Source of the DNA: Erysipelothrix inopinata
GTDB lineage: Bacteria; Bacillota_I; Bacilli_A; Erysipelotrichales; Erysipelotrichaceae
Length of the DNA: 32,000 bases
Assembly (NCBI RefSeq): GCF_014396165.1
Contig: NZ_CP060715.1
Span: 510,001 to 542,000 of the forward strand
Direction of reading: 5' to 3'
In this document: in pieces, positions 1 to 10,068 of the stretch
Numbering within the stretch: the stretch's first letter is position 1
Layout of the letters: each line of letters opens with the position of its first letter
The notes under the pieces: model-generated
Seen by the model: only the letters and a program-made list of their open reading frames with translations
Told to the model about the DNA's origin: nothing
The model's database searches: none
Made by a program: the position numbers and the translations under genes

Positions 1-687
1 CTTTAGAATGTCAGAGTCTCCCATATATTCAACATAGACTGCTTTTTTTAAATAGAACCAGCGTCCCACAACTTCATGGATCACATTTTCGCGACTCTCT
101 GCTTCTTCAATGATACTGTTTTTAGCCCACTCTAACAAATGACTTGCTTCAAGTGTTGCATTTTCACAAAATTCATGACTGCTTCCGTAATGTTTACGAT
201 TTTGCTCTCTTTGAAGTGATTGAATCGGTGTTCGATTTAAAATCATGACTTCATAGAGTGCCGAGAGTGTATCTTCATCTTTTGAAGATAAGAAGAGCAC
301 ACGACTGCGATAAGGTCCCAAGAGAGCCCCTTGCTCCGTCATTGCATAATAACACCCTTTTGCTTCATAGTAGCTTCCATCATAGATTACGATTGCGGCA
401 TCATGATAGAAAGTCTTTGAATATAAAATATAAGAAACTTTAAGACTTTCTTGTGGTATCTTATAGATATCTTTATATCGAATAATCTTATTCGATACCA
501 AATTTTTATTCACGGTAATTGGATAATTCGTAAGAACACGACATTGCGGATCCAATTGTTGAATCTTATCCAAAACACTTCCTTCTTCTGGATTCAGTGC
601 GAGATAATCCTCGAGATATCCATTAAAGCAAGGATACAATTCACCTTCATTTTTTTCAAATTCATTTAAAACATCATATAACGCCAT
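1..687 (-). CDS. hypothetical protein (N-terminal 229 codons; ORF runs off the left edge)
   Basis: Not in the supplied ORF track. The reverse complement of 687..1 reads ATG GCG TTA TAT GAT... = MALYDVLNEFEKNEGELYPCFNGYLEDYLALNPEEGSVLDKIQQLDPQC...HEVVGRWFYLKKAVYVEYMGDSDILK, with no stop down to position 1. A G-rich SD (complement of C6 at 693-698) lies 5 nt upstream of the ATG. Plus-strand ORFs 258..443 and 451..669 are its antisense shadows. No family recognised by eye. Confidence 0.7.
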   Translation of the reverse strand, partial: MALYDVLNEFEKNEGELYPCFNGYLEDYLALNPEEGSVLDKIQQLDPQCRVLTNYPITVNKNLVSNKIIRYKDIYKIPQESLKVSYILYSKTFYHDAAIVIYDGSYYEAKGCYYAMTEQGALLGPYRSRVLFLSSKDEDTLSALYEVMILNRTPIQSLQREQNRKHYGSSHEFCENATLEASHLLEWAKNSIIEEAESRENVIHEVVGRWFYLKKAVYVEYMGDSDILK

Positions 688-799
688 AAAATCCCCCCTA
701 GCATCATTTATCATTCTTACATATTTCACATTAATATTAAAGTATTTATACCATCATCCTCAATTTATACACTATAATATAAGGAAAGGGAGGATTGCT

Positions 800-3223
800 A
801 TGACTCATACAATAATTGCACCGCAACATTACCACGAGGAACTTAAGAGAGAGTTACTTCAAAATAAAAAACATCTTCTCAATATAATGGTTCGTGATTT
901 TGACTTTGTTTTCTTTAACCCACAAACCTCAAGTAGAGAACTTGAACTTGAAATTTTTCAGGCTCTCTCTACGATTAAAACTTCAACATTAAGCTCGATC
1001 ATTGGCTTTCCTAAAACGATTGACATGTTGATAAACTTTAGTAAAGAGCTCCTTCTCTACAATATCAATCCTCATGATTTACCTCAAGACACTCCACTTC
1101 AACGAGATATTTACGCTTGTGTTTTAGTCGTCCTTGAATATCTATCTAAACCTGAAGTTCCCCAAGGATCATTCACAATTTACGAAAATGGTCTTAGTTA
1201 TGCTCAAAAATCTTTTTTAAGATTACATAATCTGTCTATGGTAGAAACACCATCACGTGCACCCCAATCAATACGTTATCGTGTCGCCTTAAACCTTCGT
1301 ACAGAAATCGAAGCTACAGTACAAGATATACTTCTCCAAAAACTTGATTACGCGGTCATAGCCATGCCCAATTTGGATTCCGCACTTCCTCTAATTGAGA
1401 GCATTCTGCCTCGCTATGGTGTTAGTTACCATTTCTATGATGACAATCAAGTGCTCGTTTCGAAGCATTTTAGAGCCCTCTTCGAATACAGTCTTAGTCC
1501 TTCAACAGAAACCTTAGTAAACGTTCTAAAGAGTAACGCCTTAAACTTTTATAATTTTGAATCCTATTTACTTCTTATGGATCATTTCAAACTTGAACTC
1601 AGTGATATCCTTAATGATTTTCCCGTGCTTGATGAATCTTGGCCACGTGATCTTTACCGTCACTACATGAATGTCACAGAAAACCTTGAAGAGTTTCAAG
1701 CAGTTCTTCAAACGCTTGTTGCCCCTTCCATTGATGAGGCAATGATAGTAGCTTACAATACACTCTGTAATATCTATCCTGTGCGTAATCTCACACCATT
1801 AAAATCACTCATCACGCAATCTCTGACACTTTACACTGAAAGTACATTACCTTTCTTCTACAGATATGTTGAAAACTTAAAATCAGCCAACACTAAGCTA
1901 AACACAATTCAATTTGTGGATTTGAGACAACTTCCTCTTCAACCTGTTGAAAATTTATATATACTAAATTTAACCGCTAAGACATTTCCTGCCACTTCAT
2001 CACATACGGGAATCATCGATGAGTCTTACCTTAATAAAGTTCCCAAATATCCGACACTTGATAAGCGAACTCAGGACACTTTATACCAACAAATGCGCAT
2101 CTTTAATATCTCGGACAACCTAACATTGTCTTTTGCGTCTTCAACTTATGAAGGCAAAAGTATCGAACCTTCATATCCGGTCGATACCTTTTGTAAGCAA
2201 AACAATGTCTCATTGTTACCTTGGCGTATCCAACAGGTTCTATCAAGAAAACAAACCGTTCATCGCTTATCACCAGAGATTGCGAAAAAACTCTTCTTAG
2301 ATGATGGTAGAATTCGTGGTTCTATCTCTTCATTTCAACTTTATACCCAGGACCCTTACCAATTCTTCATTGAGAGAGGTCTAAAACTTCAGAAACCAGA
2401 ACCCTTTGCACTTAATCCGCTCATTCTTGGTACGTTTAATCATGCCGTGATGGAGTCATTACATATTGATAAAGACGTTCAAGATCTCCATGTCATTAAG
2501 GATAGCTTCTCTCCTCGAGACTTAAAGTCACAACTCATTTTTAAACGAAACGATGACATGATGACTCGGAATATTAACTTCGTATTAAACTCAATTGATA
2601 GTTCCAAGTTCGAACCTAGTATGAGTGAGAAGCATTTTGAGGACAGTTCTTTATTTCCTTCGATTACTCTAAAAGGTATTATTGACCGAATCGATGTAAA
2701 TAATGACAATATTCTTATTGTAGACTACAAGTCATCTGCACAATCCCTTGCACAAAAAAAGGTACAATCTGGAGAACAACTCCAACTTTTAACCTATGCA
2801 ATGATTGGACATCGTAAATTCAACAAAGATGTCTTGGGTGTCTTCTACTTTGGATTTACAGATAAAAACACTAAAATAAGCCGTCGTGACTTTAAACCAG
2901 CAAGCGGCGTAGTAACCCTTGAACATGATCCCGAAGAAGCTTGGAAGCAAAATAAACGATACTCGGGATGGTATTTCCAGTCACCCGATGATAGTTTTGA
3001 AAATGTAGAATACTATGGTGGTCTGCGACAATTGAAGAGTGGCGAAATTAGTACCTTCAGAAAACCCTATGATTTCATAAAGGTTTCCAACTTACTAACC
3101 GACGTTTATGCTCAAATTACGACACAAATCCTTAACGGAGTCATTGACGCAGATCGTTTAGATTTTGAGATAGACCCTAATTTAAATCTTAAGCAAGGAG
3201 ATGATACGAATGACTCAATTTAA
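800..3223 (+). CDS. addB: AddAB/RexAB helicase-nuclease subunit B (compact AddB/RexB type)
   Basis: 807-aa ORF. SD GGAAAGGGAGG (783-793) and a TATAAT (773-778) lie upstream of ATG 800. The C-terminal RecB-family nuclease signature is GIIDRIDVNNDNILIVDYKSS followed by QLQLLTYA. The gene overlaps the start of the UvrD-like addA gene, the canonical addB-addA order. Confidence 0.85.
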   Translation: MTHTIIAPQHYHEELKRELLQNKKHLLNIMVRDFDFVFFNPQTSSRELELEIFQALSTIKTSTLSSIIGFPKTIDMLINFSKELLLYNINPHDLPQDTPLQRDIYACVLVVLEYLSKPEVPQGSFTIYENGLSYAQKSFLRLHNLSMVETPSRAPQSIRYRVALNLRTEIEATVQDILLQKLDYAVIAMPNLDSALPLIESILPRYGVSYHFYDDNQVLVSKHFRALFEYSLSPSTETLVNVLKSNALNFYNFESYLLLMDHFKLELSDILNDFPVLDESWPRDLYRHYMNVTENLEEFQAVLQTLVAPSIDEAMIVAYNTLCNIYPVRNLTPLKSLITQSLTLYTESTLPFFYRYVENLKSANTKLNTIQFVDLRQLPLQPVENLYILNLTAKTFPATSSHTGIIDESYLNKVPKYPTLDKRTQDTLYQQMRIFNISDNLTLSFASSTYEGKSIEPSYPVDTFCKQNNVSLLPWRIQQVLSRKQTVHRLSPEIAKKLFLDDGRIRGSISSFQLYTQDPYQFFIERGLKLQKPEPFALNPLILGTFNHAVMESLHIDKDVQDLHVIKDSFSPRDLKSQLIFKRNDDMMTRNINFVLNSIDSSKFEPSMSEKHFEDSSLFPSITLKGIIDRIDVNNDNILIVDYKSSAQSLAQKKVQSGEQLQLLTYAMIGHRKFNKDVLGVFYFGFTDKNTKISRRDFKPASGVVTLEHDPEEAWKQNKRYSGWYFQSPDDSFENVEYYGGLRQLKSGEISTFRKPYDFIKVSNLLTDVYAQITTQILNGVIDADRLDFEIDPNLNLKQGDDTNDSI

Positions 3224-6200
3224 TCCCCAACAACAAGCTGCTATTGATGCACTCGGCCAAAATGTTATGGTCTCCGCCTCTGCTGGTGCCGGAAAAACAA
3301 CCGTTTTGATTGCTCGTTTGATGAAACGAATTATTAAAGATGGCGTTCGTATTGATGAGATCTGTGCGATGACTTTTACAGAAGCTGCAGCTTCTGAAAT
3401 GAAAATACGATTACTAGAAAGTTTGAATAAAGAAAATACTGTATCTCCTTCTGCCTTTTTAGAAGAACAAATCACCCTTGTGGAAACTGCCCAAATTTCG
3501 ACCATCCACTCTTTCTGTCTCACAATTGTAAAGAACTATGGCTATATTTTAGGAATTGATCCAAGCCGTACAGAGTCTATTCTAGATCCTGCAAATGCTC
3601 TTTTACTACAAGAACAAGCAATGAAAATGACACTTGATCAATTTATGAGAGACGATCAAGAACAGACAATGAGAATGTTGAATATCTTCAACTCTAACCC
3701 TTTAAACTTTTCAGCTCTTGAAAGTGCAATTTACCAAACTGCTACCTGGTTACTAGGGAAAAAGAGCCCACAAGCTGAAATAGATGCAGTACTGAATACT
3801 TATCGTTCGCAAAGTTTTGATGATTTACCAACATCTTTCAAAAATGCTTTCGTACTCAGTTTTGAAAGACCTCTCGAAGCACTTAAGCAGGATTTAATGA
3901 AAATGGTAAGTGTCATTGATTCAGATTACGACAAAACAGATAAAAAGGGCATGAAATTTGAGACTCAGGCTCAAACGTGTCTCAAAGCAATTGAAGATAT
4001 TAATGATATTCTTGTAAGAATCAAAAATCACGACTCATCATTCTATGATTCTCTCGTGGATGTCTTAAACTTTAAAATAATTCCAGACGGTAAAAATGAA
4101 ACGTATACTGAACTTCGCGAACAACTTTCGAGCGGAATCAAAACTATGGTTGAAAACCATCAACCTCTTGATGCCCACATCAAATTGTTGAATAACCAAT
4201 ATGATGATATTGCTTGTTTACTTGAAATGACTACAACTTACCTTGATTACTACCAATCACTTAAAATCAAAGATAATTGCCTCGATTTTAATGACTTTGA
4301 ATCATTAGCCCTACAAATTTTAACATCGCAAAACGGCATCATTTCTGAGCTCGTTCAGTCTCAATATCAAGAAGTTATGGTTGACGAATTTCAAGACACA
4401 AATGAGTATCAAGACGAAATTATTCGACTTATCTCAAATGGTCATAATATTTTTAGAGTGGGTGATGTGAAACAATCAATTTATCGTTTCCGTGGTGCCA
4501 AGCCACACATCATGCAAAACCTTATGCATGACCAAGCAGCACTTAATCTTTTCTTAAGTTTTAATTATCGCTCCAAAGAAGATATTGTTTCCTACAACAA
4601 CTATGTTTTCGATAAGCTTATGAATCTGACCTATGGCATTCAATACAATGAGCATGACCATGTAAATACTGGAATACCCCAACAGAAAGAAGATTCACAT
4701 CCCGTTGAATTCCATATCATTGAACGTGGTGATGATTACTATCCTGCAACGCCTCACGAACAGCGTGCTCAGTATATTGCCCAACAAATTATCCACTATC
4801 ATGAATTAGGATATAAGTTCAGTGATATGGCAATTCTCGTTCGTTCCCATGGTAGCAAGAGTTATCTCAAGAAAGCCTTTGAAGATGCAGGAGTCCCTCA
4901 CTACATTGATGATCAAAGTGGCTTTTATAACTCTGAAATTATTCAAAATGTGCTCTCGCTTCTCCGTTTTGTTCAAACAGGGAGTGAATATTACTTACCG
5001 TATGTTCTCACTTCACCATTTTATAACCTGACAGATGATGAACTTGCTCTTTTGAAAATTAACCACGGATCTTTATATCAAGGACTAAGCGTCGATTTTC
5101 CTGAAATTTATGAACAAATTCAACATTTCAAACTAACATGGAAGAGTCAAAACATCATGATTACCCTTCAGGAAATCATTAATTTGAATGACCATTACTT
5201 AAACAATCTATCATTACAAGATAAAACAAACTTAGATTTCCTACTTGAAAAAACGCAACAATTCATGAGTGCTGGAACGCCTACATTGAGCCAGTATTTA
5301 ATATTTGTTGAGAAAATCGAGAAAGATACCTCAAGTGAAGCATCACCTTTAAATAAGGACGCAGATATTGTAACTGTAATGACAATCCATCAATCAAAGG
5401 GATTACAGTTCCCAATTGTATTCTTATGGGGAATGGGGGGCATACATTCCGAGATCACTATCAAACACTCCTTACTGATGATCAACTTGGAATCGCCCTT
5501 AATCATATTAGTCTTCCTTACCGCAGTGAAGAAGAGAACATCTTAAGAAATGTCATAGAGTTTAATCAAAATCATGAAGAACTCGAGGAAAGTCTCAGAC
5601 TTCTCTATGTTGCGCTAACACGTCCACAAAAGCATTTAATTATGGTCGATGTCGTTAAGGAATTTACGAGATACCCGCTATCATTTGATCTACTGTTTAA
5701 TCATAAGCGTAAAATGGATCTGCTGCTTGCAGCAAGTCCAAACTCAACCAAAGTAGTGGTTCTTTCTGCTCAAGTCATTCCAACAAATCGTTACGACCAA
5801 ATTATTGAAGAAGAATCATCGGATATCTTTGGGGGATCTTTTACCGAAGAAGTTACAGTACCTGCTCAAATAGTAAACACTCCAATTGATCTTTCCTTTG
5901 TATCTCTTGATGGTATGAAATATGGAACTACTCTCCATAATGCAATGGAAGTCCTTCCTGATAGGTTGTGGACTGATGAACAAATCAGTAGTTACGAACC
6001 AAGATTTCAAACAATATTAAAGCGATACAATACGCATCCATTTACTCAAGACATCTACAAAAACTATACAGAGTTCTACCACGAAACGCCTTATATCAGT
6101 CTCTCTGAATCTGGTGTTATCGACTTCTATGCCGTGAATGAAAGTCATGTTATTCTTGTTGATTACAAAAGTGATAATGCTGATGTATCGACCATTACCG

Positions 6201-6319
6201 AGCGTTACACAGATCAACTGAACGATTATTATGATTTACTAAAACAAGCTTATCCTAATCATTCAATTGAAGCCTATATTTATAGCTTCAATCATGATGA
6301 ATATATTAAGATTGCTTAA
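3210..6319 (+). pseudogene. addA: AddAB helicase-nuclease subunit A (UvrD-like helicase plus C-terminal RecB nuclease), reading frame broken by a 1-nt frameshift
   Basis: Two overlapping ORFs (3201..5546 and 5426..6319) together make one AddA. Motifs seen: Walker A SASAGAGKTT, DExx box VDEFQDTN, motif VI TIHQSKGLQFPIVFL, then in the other frame LRLLYVALTRPQKHL and the nuclease motif VILVDYKSD. The frame switches exactly at the G6 run 5435-5440. The likely start is ATG 3210 (MTQFNPQQ), 9 nt after GGAG 3197-3200. ATG 3201 abuts the SD. Confidence 0.8.
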
Positions 6320-6348
6320 ACATTATTTATACTATTTGAGATAACATA

Positions 6349-6378
6349 AAAAAACGTGATTGATGAGATCACGTTTTA
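6349..6378. terminator. bidirectional rho-independent terminator between convergent addA and the DcuC-type carrier gene
   Basis: Stem acgtgat (6354-6360) / atcacgt (6368-6374) with a 7-nt loop. It is flanked by an A-run on the left and a T-run on the right, so it works on both strands. Confidence 0.75.
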
Positions 6379-6387
6379 ATTTATCTT

Positions 6388-7761
6388 TTAGAAAATAATC
6401 ATTGATAGTACGAACATAAATACTGTTCCGACAATCATTGGAACTGAAGTTCTCTTAACGATGTCGAATGGTTCTTCATGTGTTGATCCAGCAACAATCA
6501 TAACAACTGCGGAAACTGGAGAAACTGCACGAAGTAGATTACCTGCAAGTCCCATTGGAACTGTAACAGCAAATGGACTGATACCTGCAGCTGCTGCTAG
6601 TGGAACCATTAATGGGACCATAGCGTAGAATAATGCAAGTCCACTACCACTTAATAGTACGATGACTGCTGTAAAGAGTACTAAGATTAATGGAAGTAAG
6701 ATTCCTGATGCAGATGTTGTTTGCATTGATGTTTGTAATGCTTCAATTAAACCAATTGCTTGAAGACCACTTACGAATGTTGATGCTGCAACAAGAAGAA
6801 CAACGATACCCATTGCATTTCCCATTCCTTTGAAGAATGATTCTGTTGTTCCTAAAACTTCTTTTCCATCACGCTTGCGAATAAGCTCGCAGAGAATAGC
6901 AATAATGAATGACATGATTGATACAACTTCAACTGATAAGTTGATATTTGTATGTGCAATTCCGTTGAATGCAAAGACGCCAAGTAGAATTAAAATTGGG
7001 AGTAAAGGTAATAATGTATACACTGTTTTGTAGAGTGCACCACCAGTAATTTCTTTAATTTCTGCAACTTCGATTTCTTTGCTTTCTTTTGCTGGTGCTT
7101 TTTTATCACAGCGTTTTTGCCAGAATGTGTGTGTCAATGCCATAACAAGTAATGTTGGTACTGATACAACTGCATGATAATTGAATACATATTCTGTAAC
7201 TGGAATACCAAGTTCAGTTGCGACTGCAACGTTATCTGCACCGAGAGGTGTTGGCATAACTGTAGCTGTAGTTGCGATAACTGCTGCAGCAGTTAATGTG
7301 GACATTCCTGATTTTTTTAATACAGGATAGAGTGTAGCTAGTAAAATAATTGATAAGTTTGATGCACTTGGAATAACAAGCGATAACAAGTTTCCGAGTA
7401 AGAATACAATAGGCACCAAGATATATGGTGATTTAATTTTATTTAATGGTTTAGTAAGTGAATTAACAGTTACTTCGTTAGCACCAATAGCGCTCATATA
7501 TGCTGTATAACCACCAAGAATTAAAATAACAAGTCCTGAGGAAGGGAGTAATTTTTTAAATTGATCAATTACCGCCTGTAGTGGGTCGACGAGTAAGTGT
7601 ACTGGTTTCTCCACAACTTGATTACCAAATAAAATCGCGACAAACATTAACATAATACCAACAGCAAATAGTGTTACTTTGATATCCATTTTCTTTAATA
7701 GCATGTAGGTAACTATAACAATAGCTATAATTCCTGATCCATACATAATTATTGGGTTCAT
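6388..7761 (-). CDS. DcuC-family (C4-dicarboxylate anaerobic carrier family) membrane transporter; substrate unknown
   Basis: 457-aa polytopic membrane ORF. It shows strong by-eye similarity to E. coli DcuC: SAIGANEVTVNSLTKPLNKIKSPYIL and RAVSPVSAVVMIVAGSTHEEPFDIVKRTSVPMIVG versus the DcuC ...LSPVSGVVVAVAG...FEVVKRTSVP segment. SD AAGGAGAAG precedes ATG 7761. Confidence 0.8.
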   Translation of the reverse strand: MNPIIMYGSGIIAIVIVTYMLLKKMDIKVTLFAVGIMLMFVAILFGNQVVEKPVHLLVDPLQAVIDQFKKLLPSSGLVILILGGYTAYMSAIGANEVTVNSLTKPLNKIKSPYILVPIVFLLGNLLSLVIPSASNLSIILLATLYPVLKKSGMSTLTAAAVIATTATVMPTPLGADNVAVATELGIPVTEYVFNYHAVVSVPTLLVMALTHTFWQKRCDKKAPAKESKEIEVAEIKEITGGALYKTVYTLLPLLPILILLGVFAFNGIAHTNINLSVEVVSIMSFIIAILCELIRKRDGKEVLGTTESFFKGMGNAMGIVVLLVAASTFVSGLQAIGLIEALQTSMQTTSASGILLPLILVLFTAVIVLLSGSGLALFYAMVPLMVPLAAAAGISPFAVTVPMGLAGNLLRAVSPVSAVVMIVAGSTHEEPFDIVKRTSVPMIVGTVFMFVLSMIIF

Positions 7762-7780
7762 TTTTTCTTCTCCTTAATTA

Positions 7781-8704
7781 TTAAATATTACATTTAGAAA
7801 TGGCATCGAGGAACCATTCCTTGAATACATCAGCATCAACATCAACAGTTACTTTCGCGTTAGCTGGTTGATTACAGTATCCTTTTAAATCCACTACTGT
7901 TGCCCCTGAAGTATAAGTACCTTGCGTTTCAATTCCTACAAATGTTTCTTCAACTTCAAACATTTCAGGTTTTAAAAGATAAGCAACCGCACAACTGTCG
8001 TACATTTTTAGTCCAGTTTTAAAACTTCCTCCACGGTAAGCTTTAAAGAGACTGTAGAACATGTTTCCAACAGGATTCATATCTTTGATGATTTCTGAAT
8101 CCTCTGGATATACTAGTGCTTTTAATCCAACATCTAAACCACACATAACGATTGGGAGACCGCTTTCGAATACAATTTTAGCTGCTTCGGGATCGACTTT
8201 AATATTGAATTCTGAATATACACCCGCATTACCACGGCCAACAGAACCACCCATCAAGACGATTTCATCAATTTTATCCGCTACTTCAGGATACTCACGA
8301 AGTAAAATTGCAATGTTAGTTAGAGGTCCAATCGGAACTAGTGTAATTTTCTCTGGTGATTCTTTAAGAACACGAGCCATTGCTTGAACTGCTGTTTCTT
8401 CAAGAAGTAAGCTATGATCTTCTTCTGGGAAGTCATAACCATCCATACCTGTTTTACCATGCACACCACTTGCATCGATTGCTTCTCTAATTAGAGGACG
8501 GCTTGCACCAACAGCAACAGGAACTTTCTTACCGTAAAATGGTAAGAGCTTCAATAAGTTCTTTGTTACTTTCTCAATACTTACATTTCCTGCAACTGTC
8601 GTGAACAGTTGTACATCCAATTCTTCTGAGAACAATGCAATCGCAATCGCAACTGCATCATCAATTCCAGGATCTGTGTCAATAATAATTTTTCTCTTAT
8701 TCAT
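7781..8704 (-). CDS. ribonucleoside hydrolase (IUNH/Rih family)
   Basis: 307 aa. The N-terminal signature KIIIDTDPGIDDAVAIAIAL is the Asp cluster of inosine-uridine-preferring nucleoside hydrolases. The start overlaps the ribokinase stop by 8 nt. Confidence 0.9.
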   Translation of the reverse strand: MNKRKIIIDTDPGIDDAVAIAIALFSEELDVQLFTTVAGNVSIEKVTKNLLKLLPFYGKKVPVAVGASRPLIREAIDASGVHGKTGMDGYDFPEEDHSLLLEETAVQAMARVLKESPEKITLVPIGPLTNIAILLREYPEVADKIDEIVLMGGSVGRGNAGVYSEFNIKVDPEAAKIVFESGLPIVMCGLDVGLKALVYPEDSEIIKDMNPVGNMFYSLFKAYRGGSFKTGLKMYDSCAVAYLLKPEMFEVEETFVGIETQGTYTSGATVVDLKGYCNQPANAKVTVDVDADVFKEWFLDAISKCNI

Positions 8705-9620
8705 TTTCTTTCTCCTTGATAAATGATTCTAATTCTAAGAATGTCGGAATTCCTTCCTGTGCACCGTGTTTTGTACAAGCACACGCTCCTGCACCACTTG
8801 CATACTGCATTACTTTTTCTAATTCCCAGCCTTTTGATAAACCAAACATCATAGCGCCAATGAATGTATCGCCAGCACCTGTTGTGTCCACAACATCTAC
8901 AGAATAAGCTTCTGTTTTAAATGCTTTATCTTTAGACATAAATATGGATCCATCACTTCCAAGAGTAAACACACAATTCTTAACACCATTATCGCTAAGA
9001 ACTTTAAAAGCTTCTTGGCAATCTTCCATGGTATAAGGCATAACCCCTGTTAAGATTTCTGATTCTGATTGATTTACTACGAGATAATCAATTAATGGAT
9101 AAAATTTTGAGTCCATGACAACAGCTGGAGCTGGATTAACTACTGTAATCATATCTCTTGATTTCGATGTCTTTAAACCTTCATAGACTGCGTATAAAGG
9201 GACTTCGAATTGAGTCAAGAATAGGTCACCTGCTTCACCAGTAATGGATTCATTAATACGTTGTGTTGAGACATTTGCATTTGCCCCTTGATTGATAATG
9301 ATTCGATTATCATGACTTGATTTGATGATAAAAGCAGTTCCTGTATGCTCATTATCACTAATCTCAACATGATGCGTATCCACGCCCATTGCTTGTAAAG
9401 CATCTAACGATTGTTGTCCATGATAATCACGGCCAACACTACCAATTAGATATGTTGGTGCTCCAAGACGAGCACTTGATGCCGCTTGATTTCCACCCTT
9501 ACCTCCAATTGCTTCGAAATAATCATATCCTGCAATCGTCTCCCCTTGTTGAGGCATACGATTGGTTGATATCATTAAGTCGTAATTAATACTCCCTAAC
9601 ACATATATACTACGATTCAT
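8697..9620 (-). CDS. rbsK: ribokinase (PfkB family)
   Basis: 307 aa. N-terminal VLGSINYDL and GGKGGNQA motifs are present. The C-terminal PfkB signature is DTTGAGDTFIGA. The gene overlaps the upstream GNAT gene by 11 nt. Confidence 0.9.
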   Translation of the reverse strand: MNRSIYVLGSINYDLMISTNRMPQQGETIAGYDYFEAIGGKGGNQAASSARLGAPTYLIGSVGRDYHGQQSLDALQAMGVDTHHVEISDNEHTGTAFIIKSSHDNRIIINQGANANVSTQRINESITGEAGDLFLTQFEVPLYAVYEGLKTSKSRDMITVVNPAPAVVMDSKFYPLIDYLVVNQSESEILTGVMPYTMEDCQEAFKVLSDNGVKNCVFTLGSDGSIFMSKDKAFKTEAYSVDVVDTTGAGDTFIGAMMFGLSKGWELEKVMQYASGAGACACTKHGAQEGIPTFLELESFIKEKENE

Positions 9621-10038
9621 AAAACATCACCATACCACTTCCAAATTTTTCATTAGGTCGTCTCATAAAACCATATTTCTCATAGAATGTCTCTTTTCCA
9701 GGAGTCGCCATCAGACCAATATATGCATCATGACACGCTACTGAACCAATATATTCTAAGACGTGTTTCATTAATAAGTCACCCAAACCTTGATGTTGAT
9801 ATGAAGGATGAACTATAACATCTTTAATGAAGAACACGATACGGTTATCACCAACTACCCGTGCAATCCCAATAGGGAACGAATCATCATAAACCACAAC
9901 ATCGAACAAATCATGATCAAGTCCTGCTTGTATATCTTCTACTTCGTAGGTTTTAAATCCAACTTGATGATGGAGTTCGAGATATATCTGAGGTGTAAGA
10001 TGATTACTTTCAATCTTAAAGTTCGAATTATATTTCAT
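9610..10038 (-). CDS. GNAT family N-acetyltransferase
   Basis: 142 aa. The acetyl-CoA binding motif region is VHPSYQHQGLGDLLMKHVLEY, with C-terminal FYEKYGF. SD AAGGTAGG lies upstream of ATG 10038. It is the first gene of the four-gene operon. Confidence 0.85.
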   Translation of the reverse strand: MKYNSNFKIESNHLTPQIYLELHHQVGFKTYEVEDIQAGLDHDLFDVVVYDDSFPIGIARVVGDNRIVFFIKDVIVHPSYQHQGLGDLLMKHVLEYIGSVACHDAYIGLMATPGKETFYEKYGFMRRPNEKFGSGMVMFYES

Positions 10039-10054
10039 GATTAAGCGCTTTACC
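10039..10054 (-). promoter_or_regulatory. LacI-type operator-like box 1 (GATTAAGCGCTTTACC; core palindrome TTAAGCGCTTTA) in the 5' UTR of the nucleoside operon
   Basis: Imperfect 12-bp palindrome centred on CG|CG-type AAGCGCTT. It is 14/16 identical to a second copy 66 bp away, sits directly upstream of the GNAT start codon, and is adjacent to a LacI-family regulator gene. Confidence 0.5.
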
Positions 10055-10068
10055 TACCTTGCACTTGT

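Noticed and set aside
3201-3209. ATG 3201 (longest ORF) as the addA start
   Set aside because: The SD GGAG (3197-3200) directly abuts it. ATG 3210 has the proper 9-nt spacing and gives the typical N-terminus MTQFNPQQQAAI.
5426-5428. ATG 5426 as an independent start producing a separate AddA nuclease-domain protein (a natural split gene)
   Set aside because: There is no SD upstream (...CAATTGTATTCTT ATG). The sensible amino-acid sequence continues seamlessly across the G-run from the upstream frame, which indicates a frameshift rather than two genes.
8061-8387. Antisense ORFs inside well-supported genes. Examples: 258..443, 451..669, 3215..3523, 8061..8387, 11960..12316, 13390..13647, 17636..17974, 26198..26458, 27769..28059, 29086..29376
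   Set aside because: Each is fully nested opposite a gene with clear family motifs. They lack SD sequences and have low-complexity or odd compositions, so they are shadow ORFs of an AT-rich genome.
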